NCBI GenBank assembly: GCA_002726275.1
Contig: PBSO01000008.1
Coordinates: forward strand, 20,673-69,132
DNA: 48,460 nt
Reading direction: 5' to 3'
From: Methanobacteriota archaeon
GTDB taxonomy: Archaea; Thermoplasmatota; Poseidoniia; Poseidoniales; Thalassarchaeaceae
The position numbers were made by a program, and so were the translations under genes. The notes below the pieces were generated by a model, which was not told the DNA's origin, ran no database searches, and saw only the letters and a list, made by a program, of their open reading frames with translations. Below, one piece after another: positions 18,701-26,716 of the stretch (position 1 is its first letter; each line of letters begins with the position of its first letter).

Positions 18701-21021
18701 CAAACACGGGACAATCATCTTGCTTGAACGCGTCTCCGGGCCACTATGTCCCATCCAGTGCTTCTACGGCACAGACTCCCTGCTCTGTGGGGGCCTATCA
18801 GCCTCTGCCGGGGCAGGACAAGTGTGATGGGGCATCCCCCGGACACTATGTTGACTCCGAAGGCTCATCCACACAAACACAATGTCCTCCGGGAACTTAC
18901 CAACCGTATGGTAGTCAAACTAGCTGCTTAGATTCTCCAGCCGGGCACTACGTGGACTACAGTGCGGCAGTTTCCCCCACCCCTTGTCCTGCTGGGACAT
19001 ACAATCCTTCTATGGGGTCTAGCGATATTTCCGAGTGCCTAGACGCAGACCCGGGCCATTCGGTACCGTCAAACGGCTCAATATTACAGATACCCTGTAC
19101 TTTAGGCCATTTCCAACCAAACCCGGGACAGACTTCGTGTCTAGAATCGGGACCCGGACATTTCGTACCAAGTAATGGTTCAATGACTCAGTATGAGTGT
19201 TCTGAGGGCACATACCAACCTTCATCGGCGGCAGGCAGCTGCTTAGATTCTCCAGCCGGGCACTACGTGGACTACAGTGCGGCAGTTTCCCCCACTCCCT
19301 GTCCTGCTGGGACATACAACCCCTCCGAGGGCTCTATTTCCTCGTCCTATTGCTTGGACGCCAACCCGGGGAACTATTCCTCTTCAGATGGACAAGGTCA
19401 CCAAGAGCCCTGCTCTCCCGGGACATATCAGCCATCTTCTGGATCTACCTCTTGTATGGATGCTGACGAGGGCAACTATGTTCCAACAAACTCCTCCACC
19501 GGGCAGAACCCCTGCTCCCCTGGGTCCTACCAACCATCAACCGGTTCCGTGTCCTGTATTGAAGCAGATGCCGGGAACTATGTTGAAAGCCCCGGACAAC
19601 CATCACAGACGCCTTGTTCCGAGGGGACATACAACCCCTCCGTTGGATCGAATTCCTCGGTCGACTGCAGTACTGCTGACCCTGGTCACTTCGTAGCCGA
19701 ACCAGGCTCCGAATCCCAGACCCCCTGCTCCGAGGGGACATATCAGCCAAACTCAGGCAGAACGACGTGCGTGGATGCTGATCCGGGTCACTTTGTTAGC
19801 ATCGATGGGTCGAGCAACCAGTCACAGTGCCCCGCTGGAACCTACAACCCTCAAACAGGAGCCACATCTCCCTCTGGGTGCCTCGATGCGGATCCCGGGA
19901 GCTTCGTCCAGTCACCTGCCAGTCCGGACCAGCAGAAGTGTAGTCCCGGAAGTTTCCAGCCCAATTCAGGACAGACATCATGCATTCCCACCCAACCGGG
20001 TTACTACGCGCCAAATGATGGCCAGAGTCAACAGACACCAGCTCCCCTTGACTTCTACGTCTCAGGGGCATCGAGTACAAGTTTGGAGCAGTGCCCAGAA
20101 TCGCACATCACCCTTCGGGAAGGCGCAGAATCAGCCGACGACTGCTATTCAGATTTGGATGGGGACAGGATTCACGATGACATTGACGAGGATGATGATG
20201 GCGATGGTGTCGATGACGTTCATGACTACTGCCCTCAGGGCATGATGGGTTGGATCAGCATTACGGCCAATGACTATGACGCAGATGGGTGCAAAGACTC
20301 AGAAGAGGATGACGATGATGACAACGACGGATTCCCAGATTCCGAAGACGCCCTGCCTCTCAACTTTGGTGAATGGATAGATAGTGACATGGATGGAATT
20401 GGCGATAACTCCGACACCGATGACGACAATGACGGACTTTCTGACGCTGACGAGGAGGTTGCCGGATCCAATAGGCTTGATAGCGACACTGATGATGATA
20501 ACTTCGAGGACGGCGTTGACGCATTCCCCACTGATCCTTCAGAGTGGTCCGATACGGACGGAGATGGGATAGGGGACAATGGAGACGCATTCCCCGAGGA
20601 CCCAGAAAGGCACCTGGAACCTGACAGCACTGCAATGTACGTTTTCGCGGGCGCTTCTTTGGTCGCAATTTCGCTAATCGGACTCGGGGGGTGGATGATT
20701 ATGCGCAGGAGGTCGGTCAGTGAGCCAGTTAAGGAATCGATACAAACAGAAGATGCGGACCTCATCGAAGAACCGGTCCTAATTCCAACTGCAACAGAGG
20801 AAAAATCTCATTTTGTCAGTGAGGTGTATGGAGAAACATATCCTGAGCCAGAGGAACCTCCTGCCCCCTCTATAATTTCAGCCCCAGAAGACGCTAGGAT
20901 GAATGAGCATGGACAACTAGTCTGGGTCGACCTATCAGGCGAGGTCTACTGCCAGAATCCAGATGGCAGTGTGATGTCGTTTGACCCAATGTCGGGAACT
21001 TGGAAGCCCTTTGATCAGTAA
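15736..21021 (+). CDS. Giant (1761 aa) type-I membrane surface protein: N-terminal beta-sandwich-like domain, RCC1 repeats, TSP3-like Ca-binding repeats, PPC-like domain, about 25-30 ephrin-receptor-like Cys repeats, TM helix, cytoplasmic tail
   Basis: Signal/anchor IGIALFLFSIMLVSV. RCC1 signatures CRGMNNYGQLGLGS, CWGRNNHGQLGDGS, CWGYNGFGTLADGS, CWGLNTHGQWGDGS (about 16440..17325). DxDxDGxxD runs (about 17377..17490 and 20146..20610). Reiterated C-x-PGTYQP-x3-GQ-x-SC-x-A-x-PGHYV units (about 17503..17775 and 18211..20145). TM MYVFAGASLVAISLIGLGGWMIM (about 20635..20703). Confidence 0.85.
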   Translation: MMDGSSKKTRIGIALFLFSIMLVSVPDTAFAYSSGKTGSSSNGCGGGGCHSSTSTVTPTLTGLPSSGYAPDSTYSLSIGGSGGSSGSSGGFNLDSNIGTFSNAGSNAKLQSGEVTHSNSNSRSWTVDWTAPSTGAGSAIFYLAVNFVDGNGGTSGDSWGTDSWSISEATSSTNQTNSTIGPNQPGSDRGSVFSNSILDLDSGSPTLVMSNGSLVTFSTITTNGSTSSIADFTEDEVISNAGQCAILQNRTLRCRGMNNYGQLGLGSTLLTNGTVEFGSNIPVAVSNGNTHACAILDDASVKCWGRNNHGQLGDGSYSNRNSPVDVNLGVNRTAVSISAGNDFTCALLNTGDVKCWGYNGFGTLADGSTSDSNTPVPANHSTGMRAVSLATPGYSVCSIFENGSVYCWGRTYTTSAENGAVTNGSVNVPFPDGRSAVSIDGTYWHTCAILDNGSMNCWGLNTHGQWGDGSCSSSISSSGCTGEDGNAPVHVSIAGPVLAIATGEESTCAIVQNYSLACWGGQSGELDGTGDDLLLPHWMNFNGGADLAFSDQDHDGDGVWNDLDTHMAGDEDGDGVPTPSDPYPSNPARWLDCPDGQWGRLTCHDSPAGHFSLSGSLYYNECTAGSYQPDSGQNACHLASAGNYVESSASATQTQCSSGTYQGGVGQTGCIDTSPGNWSQGSGGYGEAPDFSGNALPRVNLSDRSATYLGELNAGQNPADHGDFFAIEVPRSSGVSLALTSPSGANFDISIYNSSLSLMTSSNSSSGYDEVSTNSTGFSGDSIVFIHVNRTSGNGSYEMVLWLFSTDDGSLVGNSSFQIPAEIGVRQYQCYPGSYQPGSRQSSCLGASAGNYVPTSGSSSQLQCEPGTYQPMYGQTSCIEASAGNYVPSSGASTQTPASAGYYVPTNGSTSQIACLEGTYQNSTGQASCIVADAGYYVPSNGSSAQTPCSPGTYQPSNGSSSCLEADAGHFVSNSSSTSQDECPPGKYQPNTGQSSCLNASPGHYVPSSASTAQTPCSVGAYQPLPGQDKCDGASPGHYVDSEGSSTQTQCPPGTYQPYGSQTSCLDSPAGHYVDYSAAVSPTPCPAGTYNPSMGSSDISECLDADPGHSVPSNGSILQIPCTLGHFQPNPGQTSCLESGPGHFVPSNGSMTQYECSEGTYQPSSAAGSCLDSPAGHYVDYSAAVSPTPCPAGTYNPSEGSISSSYCLDANPGNYSSSDGQGHQEPCSPGTYQPSSGSTSCMDADEGNYVPTNSSTGQNPCSPGSYQPSTGSVSCIEADAGNYVESPGQPSQTPCSEGTYNPSVGSNSSVDCSTADPGHFVAEPGSESQTPCSEGTYQPNSGRTTCVDADPGHFVSIDGSSNQSQCPAGTYNPQTGATSPSGCLDADPGSFVQSPASPDQQKCSPGSFQPNSGQTSCIPTQPGYYAPNDGQSQQTPAPLDFYVSGASSTSLEQCPESHITLREGAESADDCYSDLDGDRIHDDIDEDDDGDGVDDVHDYCPQGMMGWISITANDYDADGCKDSEEDDDDDNDGFPDSEDALPLNFGEWIDSDMDGIGDNSDTDDDNDGLSDADEEVAGSNRLDSDTDDDNFEDGVDAFPTDPSEWSDTDGDGIGDNGDAFPEDPERHLEPDSTAMYVFAGASLVAISLIGLGGWMIMRRRSVSEPVKESIQTEDADLIEEPVLIPTATEEKSHFVSEVYGETYPEPEEPPAPSIISAPEDARMNEHGQLVWVDLSGEVYCQNPDGSVMSFDPMSGTWKPFDQ
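18922..19004 (+). repeat. Copy 1 of a near-identical 83-bp intragenic direct repeat (copy 2 at 19237..19319)
   Basis: agctgcttagattctccagccgggcactacgtggactacagtgcggcagtttcccccac... recurs 315 nt downstream with only 2 differences that I can see. Both copies encode SCLDSPAGHYVDYSAAVSPTPCPAGTYN. Confidence 0.85.
19237..19319 (+). repeat. Copy 2 of the 83-bp intragenic direct repeat
   Basis: See copy 1. The offset of 315 nt equals 105 codons, so the repeat is in frame. Confidence 0.85.
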
Positions 21022-22002
21022 TTAGAGGACTATCGCATTGGCTCCCCATGCCAAGCCCCCCCCAAATGCTGCGGTAATGACAAGTGAGCCTGGCCCAACA
21101 ACTCCCTCGTCGATAGCCTCTTTGAGTGCAAGTGGGACACTCGCACCGGCGGTATTGCCATACTTGTGAAGATTAGTAAAGGTCTTCGACATAGGGAGCC
21201 CGAGATTTTCCATCCCTGCCTCGATGATGTTGATGTTGGCTTGATGTGGGATTATTAGATCGACTTCTTCAAGGGTCCTGCCAACTTTTTCCAGGACCAT
21301 TCTGACCGCTTCTGGAAACGCCTCTATCGCAAAGTTCCACACAGCCCTTCCATCCATGTGGAAGTATTGCATACCATCAACGAAACCCTCTGAGGGAATG
21401 GGGGTCCTGACTCCCCCTGCTGGAATCTCGATAACAGATGAGCCAGAACCATCAGACATGAGCCAAGAGCCCAGTACCCCTCTGCCGTCCTCAACCTCAG
21501 AGATTACTGCTGCACCAGCGCCATCGCCGAATAACACGCATGTAGTCCTGTCGTCCCAGTTAAGTATCCGGGAGTAAACCTCCGACCCGACCACTAGGAC
21601 ATTCTCATATCCAGGAGTGCCAGCATATCTGGACCCCACATCCAAAGCGTGAACCCAACCTGCGCAGACGGCATTAATGTCGAAGGCAGCGCATTCCGTG
21701 CATCCCAATTTATCCTGTACTATTCCAGCTGTTGATGACATGGGCACGTCGGGAGATGAAGTAGCCAGTATTAGCAAGTCAATATCAGAGGTTTTGAGAC
21801 CCGCATCTTCTATCGCAATCTTGCAAGCCTCGACAGCAAGGTCAGAAGTTGAGACATCGGGATCAGCAATCCGCCTCTTCTTCATGCCCGTCTTCGTAGA
21901 AATCCATTCATCACTGGTCTCAACTATCTGAGCCCAGTCATCATTGCTCATCTCCCGAGGGGGGACATAAGAGCCGATTCCGACTATTCCCACCGATGCC
22001 AC
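21022..22002 (-). CDS. fabH: Beta-ketoacyl synthase III (FabH-like condensing enzyme)
   Basis: Cys-His-Asn triad contexts NAVCAGWVHAL, IPHQANINII and GNTAGASVPLAL. 326 aa. Its stop abuts the stop of the convergent giant gene with zero spacer. Confidence 0.85.
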   Translation of the reverse strand: MASVGIVGIGSYVPPREMSNDDWAQIVETSDEWISTKTGMKKRRIADPDVSTSDLAVEACKIAIEDAGLKTSDIDLLILATSSPDVPMSSTAGIVQDKLGCTECAAFDINAVCAGWVHALDVGSRYAGTPGYENVLVVGSEVYSRILNWDDRTTCVLFGDGAGAAVISEVEDGRGVLGSWLMSDGSGSSVIEIPAGGVRTPIPSEGFVDGMQYFHMDGRAVWNFAIEAFPEAVRMVLEKVGRTLEEVDLIIPHQANINIIEAGMENLGLPMSKTFTNLHKYGNTAGASVPLALKEAIDEGVVGPGSLVITAAFGGGLAWGANAIVL

Positions 22003-22043
22003 AACACCCTATCGAGAATGAGCGGACTTTCACTGTTGCTGAG

Positions 22044-23480
22044 TCAATCGTGCTTGACACATACGTTAGTGGCCTCTGAGAAGAATCCCAGACTCCACTT
22101 GCCACCTTCTCTCCCGACCCCGCTGTCTCCTACTCCGCCGAAGGGAGCTCTGAGGTCCCTGTGTAGCCAGGTATTGACCCAAACCATCCCTGTGTGTATT
22201 GAATCGGCAACCTTCTTGCCCCTACTGGTATCTCCCGTCCACACACTCCCAGCTAGTCCGTAACGAGTATTGTTGGCTATTCTGACGGCCTCTTCGTCAT
22301 CATGGAATCGATGTACGGTGACCACTGGTCCGAAAATCTCCTCAGTTGAGCATCTGGAGTCCGTTTTTAGTCCTGAAACAACGGTGGGCGCAATCCAGTT
22401 TCCGCCCGCTAGGGGCTTTGGGAGACAAGGATAACCTCCAGTGAGAACAGTCCCTCCTTCTTCCTTGGCCAACTCGATATAACCCTCCACCTTCTTCAGA
22501 TGTTCAGCGGAAATCAACGCCCCTAGTTCGGTCTGTTCGTCAGATGGATCGCCAATTTTCATTGACTCGACCTCTTCTATGAAACGCCCAACAAACAGAT
22601 CATATATCCCATCTTGGACTAGTACCCTGCTACCACAAAGGCAAACCTGGCCTTGATTCATGAATCCTGAGCGCACCACTCCCTTGACTGCCAAATCAAT
22701 GTCGCAGTCGTCCAGGACAATGCTGGAGTTTTTCCCCCCAAGCTCCAGACTAATCTTCTTGAATTGGGGTGCGGCTGCCTCTGCTACCTTGGAGCCAGTC
22801 AATGTCCCTCCTGTGAAGGAGACCAGATCTACATCCCGGTGGGATACCAATGTACTTCCAGCCCCCCGACCATCCCCGTGTACCAAATTTATCACTCCAG
22901 GGGGGAGTCCGACCTTGTCTACGACCTCCATGAGAAGGTTTGCAGTCATCGGAGTCAATTCACTGGGCTTGCAGACCACAGTATTACCCATTCCTATGGC
23001 AGGTGCAACCTTCCATGAAAGCAAGTACAGTGGTAGGTTCCATGGCGTAATCAGGGCTCCAACGCCAACTGGCTTGTGCGTGACAAAATTTGTAGCATCG
23101 GGCATCTCAAAGACCTCTCCTTGATGCTCTCTAACCATCTCTGCGAAAAACCTGAAATTAGATACTGATCTATGAGCATCGACCGCCCTAGCCAGAGAAA
23201 TTGGCTTACCAGTGTCCCGGCTTTCGAGTGATGCTATGTCTTCGTATCTGGACTCTAGTTCATCTGCAATCTTGTCGAGCCAATCCGCTCTTTCTGACTG
23301 ACTCGCTTCCCTCCACCCGGCCTGCGCATCCCTAGCAGCCAGAACTGCCGAGTCTACGTCTGAGGGACTTGAAAGTGGGACTCTGGCGAACTGTCTTCCC
23401 GTTGCAGGCTCAAGTACCTCGAGCCATTCATCTCCAGAATGCGCTTGGAATCTTCCATTGATGTAATTCATCAGATCCAT
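22044..23480 (-). CDS. NAD(P)-dependent aldehyde dehydrogenase
   Basis: 478 aa. ELGGKN, catalytic Cys in FMNQGQVCLCGSR, EEIFGPV. Confidence 0.9.
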   Translation of the reverse strand: MDLMNYINGRFQAHSGDEWLEVLEPATGRQFARVPLSSPSDVDSAVLAARDAQAGWREASQSERADWLDKIADELESRYEDIASLESRDTGKPISLARAVDAHRSVSNFRFFAEMVREHQGEVFEMPDATNFVTHKPVGVGALITPWNLPLYLLSWKVAPAIGMGNTVVCKPSELTPMTANLLMEVVDKVGLPPGVINLVHGDGRGAGSTLVSHRDVDLVSFTGGTLTGSKVAEAAAPQFKKISLELGGKNSSIVLDDCDIDLAVKGVVRSGFMNQGQVCLCGSRVLVQDGIYDLFVGRFIEEVESMKIGDPSDEQTELGALISAEHLKKVEGYIELAKEEGGTVLTGGYPCLPKPLAGGNWIAPTVVSGLKTDSRCSTEEIFGPVVTVHRFHDDEEAVRIANNTRYGLAGSVWTGDTSRGKKVADSIHTGMVWVNTWLHRDLRAPFGGVGDSGVGREGGKWSLGFFSEATNVCVKHD

Positions 23481-24655
23481 CAGGAATCACCAATTCCCTC
23501 GTTGGAGAATGGATCCGATCTAGTCATGGCGGACGCATACTCCTTCCAATCCATGGTGAACCTGTCCCTGTCAGGGTCCCATTCGTCCCAAGTGACGACC
23601 TCTTCCAAAGCCCCTCTGTACATCTCTGGGACGATCCCCGGAACAATGAATGCCTTCTGCCTGTGAAGGGGGTATGGATTCCTAAGGGTGATTCCGAGGA
23701 CTCCAAGCACGGCCCTCGCTACATACCAAGTTGCCTGGCTATTCCAACCATGGGCTATCTTGATCACTATTCCCAAGCCATTTGGCCAATCTGGATGAAT
23801 CACGGAGAGTCCGAGAAGTCCGTCCGCGCCTTCCTTGGCTAGCAGGCTTCCTCCTCCTGCCTTCAGGCAGGTTGAGTCAAGTCTATTGAATCCGCCAACA
23901 AGATCAGGGCCCCTATTCATCGCTTCCCAAATCCAATCATCGTTTTTACGATTGGCAAGTCCTGCGAACATCACTGCAAGCTCATCGACAGTGTTCGAGA
24001 CCGTAGGGAAGCCACATCCATCCTTCGCCACTCTAAGTGGCTCCCAGTCTGGTTTGCCCATATAGTCGCGAAGAACGTCGAGGTATAGTGGAAACCAGGG
24101 GGAACTAGGCAGTGTATAACCAGCTCTGTTTATTCCCATTTTCCGCATTCCCTTGAGGATAGCTGCATGTTCTCCCGAGCAGGTGTGAAACCATCTTCGG
24201 GGCCTCCTAACCTGTCTACCAAATTGAATTAGGGGCACATCCAGTGGGCATTGCATTAATCCCCACTCAGATTCGGAAAGAAGGGATTGAGCGGTAGCAA
24301 CATGTTCCGTATCCCCATTGTGTGAAGAACAGGAGATCGCTTTCTGGGACCAATCCATATCGTCTAGAACTTCTACGAACGGCTTCATCATGAACGGCTT
24401 CATCATGGAACGACCGTAAACCAGAACGTTGCCTCCGAAGGAATGTACTATCTCGTTCCCATGGGCCCACGCAATTGCTCCATGGATGGTATTCTCAGAA
24501 ACGTCCATTCTTCTGAAATCGACCAGAGGCTCCCATTCAACGTCTCTCCCAGTGGCTATACCCTCATGCCTCTCTCCCAGTGGTGTTGAAGGGAAAAGTG
24601 CAGAACCAGGCCTACCGGATGAAACCGATGAGGGCTGTTCCTTCTTCGCAGTCAT
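23480..24655 (-). CDS. Asparaginase-II family (PF06089-like) amidohydrolase
   Basis: 391 aa. GRSMMKPF (S-x-x-K), SCSSHNGDTEH, HTCSGEHAAIL, KDGCGFPT, LAKEGADGLLG and GIVIKIAHG resemble the Rhizobium-type asparaginase family as I recall it. Its stop overlaps the ALDH start by 1 nt. Confidence 0.65.
   Translation of the reverse strand: MTAKKEQPSSVSSGRPGSALFPSTPLGERHEGIATGRDVEWEPLVDFRRMDVSENTIHGAIAWAHGNEIVHSFGGNVLVYGRSMMKPFMMKPFVEVLDDMDWSQKAISCSSHNGDTEHVATAQSLLSESEWGLMQCPLDVPLIQFGRQVRRPRRWFHTCSGEHAAILKGMRKMGINRAGYTLPSSPWFPLYLDVLRDYMGKPDWEPLRVAKDGCGFPTVSNTVDELAVMFAGLANRKNDDWIWEAMNRGPDLVGGFNRLDSTCLKAGGGSLLAKEGADGLLGLSVIHPDWPNGLGIVIKIAHGWNSQATWYVARAVLGVLGITLRNPYPLHRQKAFIVPGIVPEMYRGALEEVVTWDEWDPDRDRFTMDWKEYASAMTRSDPFSNEGIGDS
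24377..24406 (-). repeat. Perfect 15-nt tandem duplication inside the asparaginase-II-like gene
   Basis: Plus strand gaacggcttcatcat x2 (24377..24391 and 24392..24406). It encodes MMKPF-MMKPF directly after the putative nucleophile Ser. Confidence 0.9.
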
Positions 24656-25899
24656 GCCACACCATCTCCATTCACACGCGGGGCGACTTCAGTCATGAAT
24701 GCCGCCATGTCCCTCTTCACTCTCTCGTTATCGTGATTGAAGAAATCAAACCAGCACATCAGACGGTCACTAGAATCATAGCGCTCCCCGATTTGCCGCG
24801 CCACCTCACTAACATTCCCAATAACGGCGTTGTCAACGGCGAGCTCAACCTTCGATGGATCAATGGTGCCCTCTAGGGCGTTCCAGTATGTGCCGAGAGC
24901 GGCCCGCGCTTCTTCACGTGCTGCTTTGCTCCGCTGGTCATCAGAGAGCCCAGCTTCATTGTTGAGGAACACCATAACTGTCCTAGGCATCATCGATCTT
25001 TCCCAGCTCCCTCCATCCGAGTGATAGCACTCTGACATCCTTTCATGAGTTGACTCTATGACATGCGGAGGAGTGATGGAGAGATTGAATACTTGGACCG
25101 GCATCCACTTGTTTACCTCGACTTGCAATCTGGGATCATGACTTCCAAGAACTAGATTCAGAAGCTCTCTTCGCCACTCTTGTGGTATGGTTTTGATATC
25201 CTCAAATTGGTATCTCGGGGCTATCTCAACTTCATCAGGCGGTGACTCAAGTCCCCTGACACGAATCGCTGCCCCTTGGACGGCCTCCCAATCCTCATCA
25301 CTCCGGAAATTCGCCCTACTCAGTATGGTCTCCCTGATATCCTCGGTCGAAATTATATCCCCTCTGAGGAGTCTGAGGAATATCTCTGAGGCCTCAGCGA
25401 AAACTTGCCCTCTCAGAGCAGGCCATGCAGCTTCCTCGACCTCGTCTCGGGGGACAATGCCATAGGGCCTAGCCATGAATTCAAACCTCCCAGCGCTGAA
25501 ACCAATATGCAAGCGCCGCCCCTCATCAGGGTTCATTCCATGAAGTGCAAGGAATGACCCCACTCTCTCAGCCTGGGCAATCGGACCACCAGAAGCTAGA
25601 ATCGACATAACGGCACTGCCAACCTCAATTCTATTTGTCCTTGACAACATTGTCTGGGCAATCTGGAAGAAGTCGGTGCAAAGGCCAACCTCACCCGGAT
25701 AGTGAGGGACCACAGGTTTTGAGTTCTGCTTCTGTACTTCTGTCGACAAGTGGGCTTGAGCTACCCAACCGATCCCGAATCCAAGGTCATCAGCAAGCTC
25801 AACCTGCTCAAAGAAACTCGAGTACATCTCAGTCTCGGAGGGGGTGTAACCAGTGGTGTCCGGGGTCTGTGAAATCGAGAAGAAAATGTCAAATTCCAT
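24652..25899 (-). CDS. Luciferase-like (LLM class) flavin-dependent monooxygenase, long form
   Basis: 415 aa. N-terminus MEFDIFFSISQ...FEQVELADDLGFGIGWVAQAHLS is typical of the LLM TIM-barrel family. ATGA overlap with the downstream gene. Confidence 0.75.
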   Translation of the reverse strand: MEFDIFFSISQTPDTTGYTPSETEMYSSFFEQVELADDLGFGIGWVAQAHLSTEVQKQNSKPVVPHYPGEVGLCTDFFQIAQTMLSRTNRIEVGSAVMSILASGGPIAQAERVGSFLALHGMNPDEGRRLHIGFSAGRFEFMARPYGIVPRDEVEEAAWPALRGQVFAEASEIFLRLLRGDIISTEDIRETILSRANFRSDEDWEAVQGAAIRVRGLESPPDEVEIAPRYQFEDIKTIPQEWRRELLNLVLGSHDPRLQVEVNKWMPVQVFNLSITPPHVIESTHERMSECYHSDGGSWERSMMPRTVMVFLNNEAGLSDDQRSKAAREEARAALGTYWNALEGTIDPSKVELAVDNAVIGNVSEVARQIGERYDSSDRLMCWFDFFNHDNERVKRDMAAFMTEVAPRVNGDGVA

Positions 25900-25907
25900 T
25901 TAATCAC

Positions 25908-26708
25908 TCAAATTGACCGCATTCTTCCGCCATCTACGGCAAGACTGACGCCACGAACCGCTCCACTGGAGGGGAGGCAGAGCCATGTTACAGCCACTGC
26001 CGTCTCCAAAGGTTCGACCAAACGCTGTATGGGCACTCCTCCCAGCCAGCTATCTCTTACCTCGACAATGCTTTTCCCAGTCTTAACAGAAATGGAGTCA
26101 GCCAGTGAATCTAGCCTGTCTGTATCTGTGAATCCCGGCAAGATGTTGTTGATAGTAATGCAGGAGGGTAGCTCCCTTGAGAGTGATTTGGACCAAGACG
26201 CCATGGCCCCACGCAGCGTATTGGATAGTCCGATATTGTCTATCGGCTCTCTCACGGATGTGGAAATTATGTTTACGATTCTGCCATTACCATCTCTTTC
26301 CATTCCAGGCACTAGGGCTTTAGTTAGTGTGTGCGCGGCATGAAGGTGCCTCTTGAATGGGCCAATGAAGTCGTCCACCGTGTTTTCCAGGAGCGGGCCT
26401 CCGGGGGGCCCTCCAGAATTGTTAACCAGGATGTGAATAGTCCCGATATTCATCATCGCCCGAGATACAGCTTCGGTATTTTCTAGATCCAACTCTATGG
26501 ACCTATGACCTTCCCCATGCATCTCCCCAACTAATGACTCTAGGTCATCCGCCGATCTAGCACAAGCAATGACTTTTGCCCCAGCTCTTGCGAGCATCAA
26601 TGCAACGGCCCTACCTATTCCCTTTGAAGCACCGCACACCAACGCATTTTTTCCTTCCAATATTCCTTCTGCGAAGGGAAACTCCTTTCCTAACAAATTC
26701 CGACTCAT
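25908..26708 (-). CDS. Short-chain dehydrogenase/reductase-like protein (FabG-like) lacking the canonical YxxxK
   Basis: Cofactor motif VCGASKGIGRAVALMLARAGAKV, NNSGG. Where S...YxxxK is expected the sequence reads ISTSVREPIDNIGLSNTLRGA, i.e. S-N-T-L-R. Confidence 0.8.
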   Translation of the reverse strand: MSRNLLGKEFPFAEGILEGKNALVCGASKGIGRAVALMLARAGAKVIACARSADDLESLVGEMHGEGHRSIELDLENTEAVSRAMMNIGTIHILVNNSGGPPGGPLLENTVDDFIGPFKRHLHAAHTLTKALVPGMERDGNGRIVNIISTSVREPIDNIGLSNTLRGAMASWSKSLSRELPSCITINNILPGFTDTDRLDSLADSISVKTGKSIVEVRDSWLGGVPIQRLVEPLETAVAVTWLCLPSSGAVRGVSLAVDGGRMRSI

Positions 26709-26716
26709 TTTTTCAC

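Noticed and set aside
20274-20765. 163-aa Ser-rich minus-strand ORF, plus 13151..13502 ORFs with AEEEAAV or PPRPPPLPP repeats
   Set aside because: These are mirror-image translations of the acidic TSP3-like repeats and of the RGG-coding tandem repeat. Their apparent repeat structure is inherited from the sense-strand genes.
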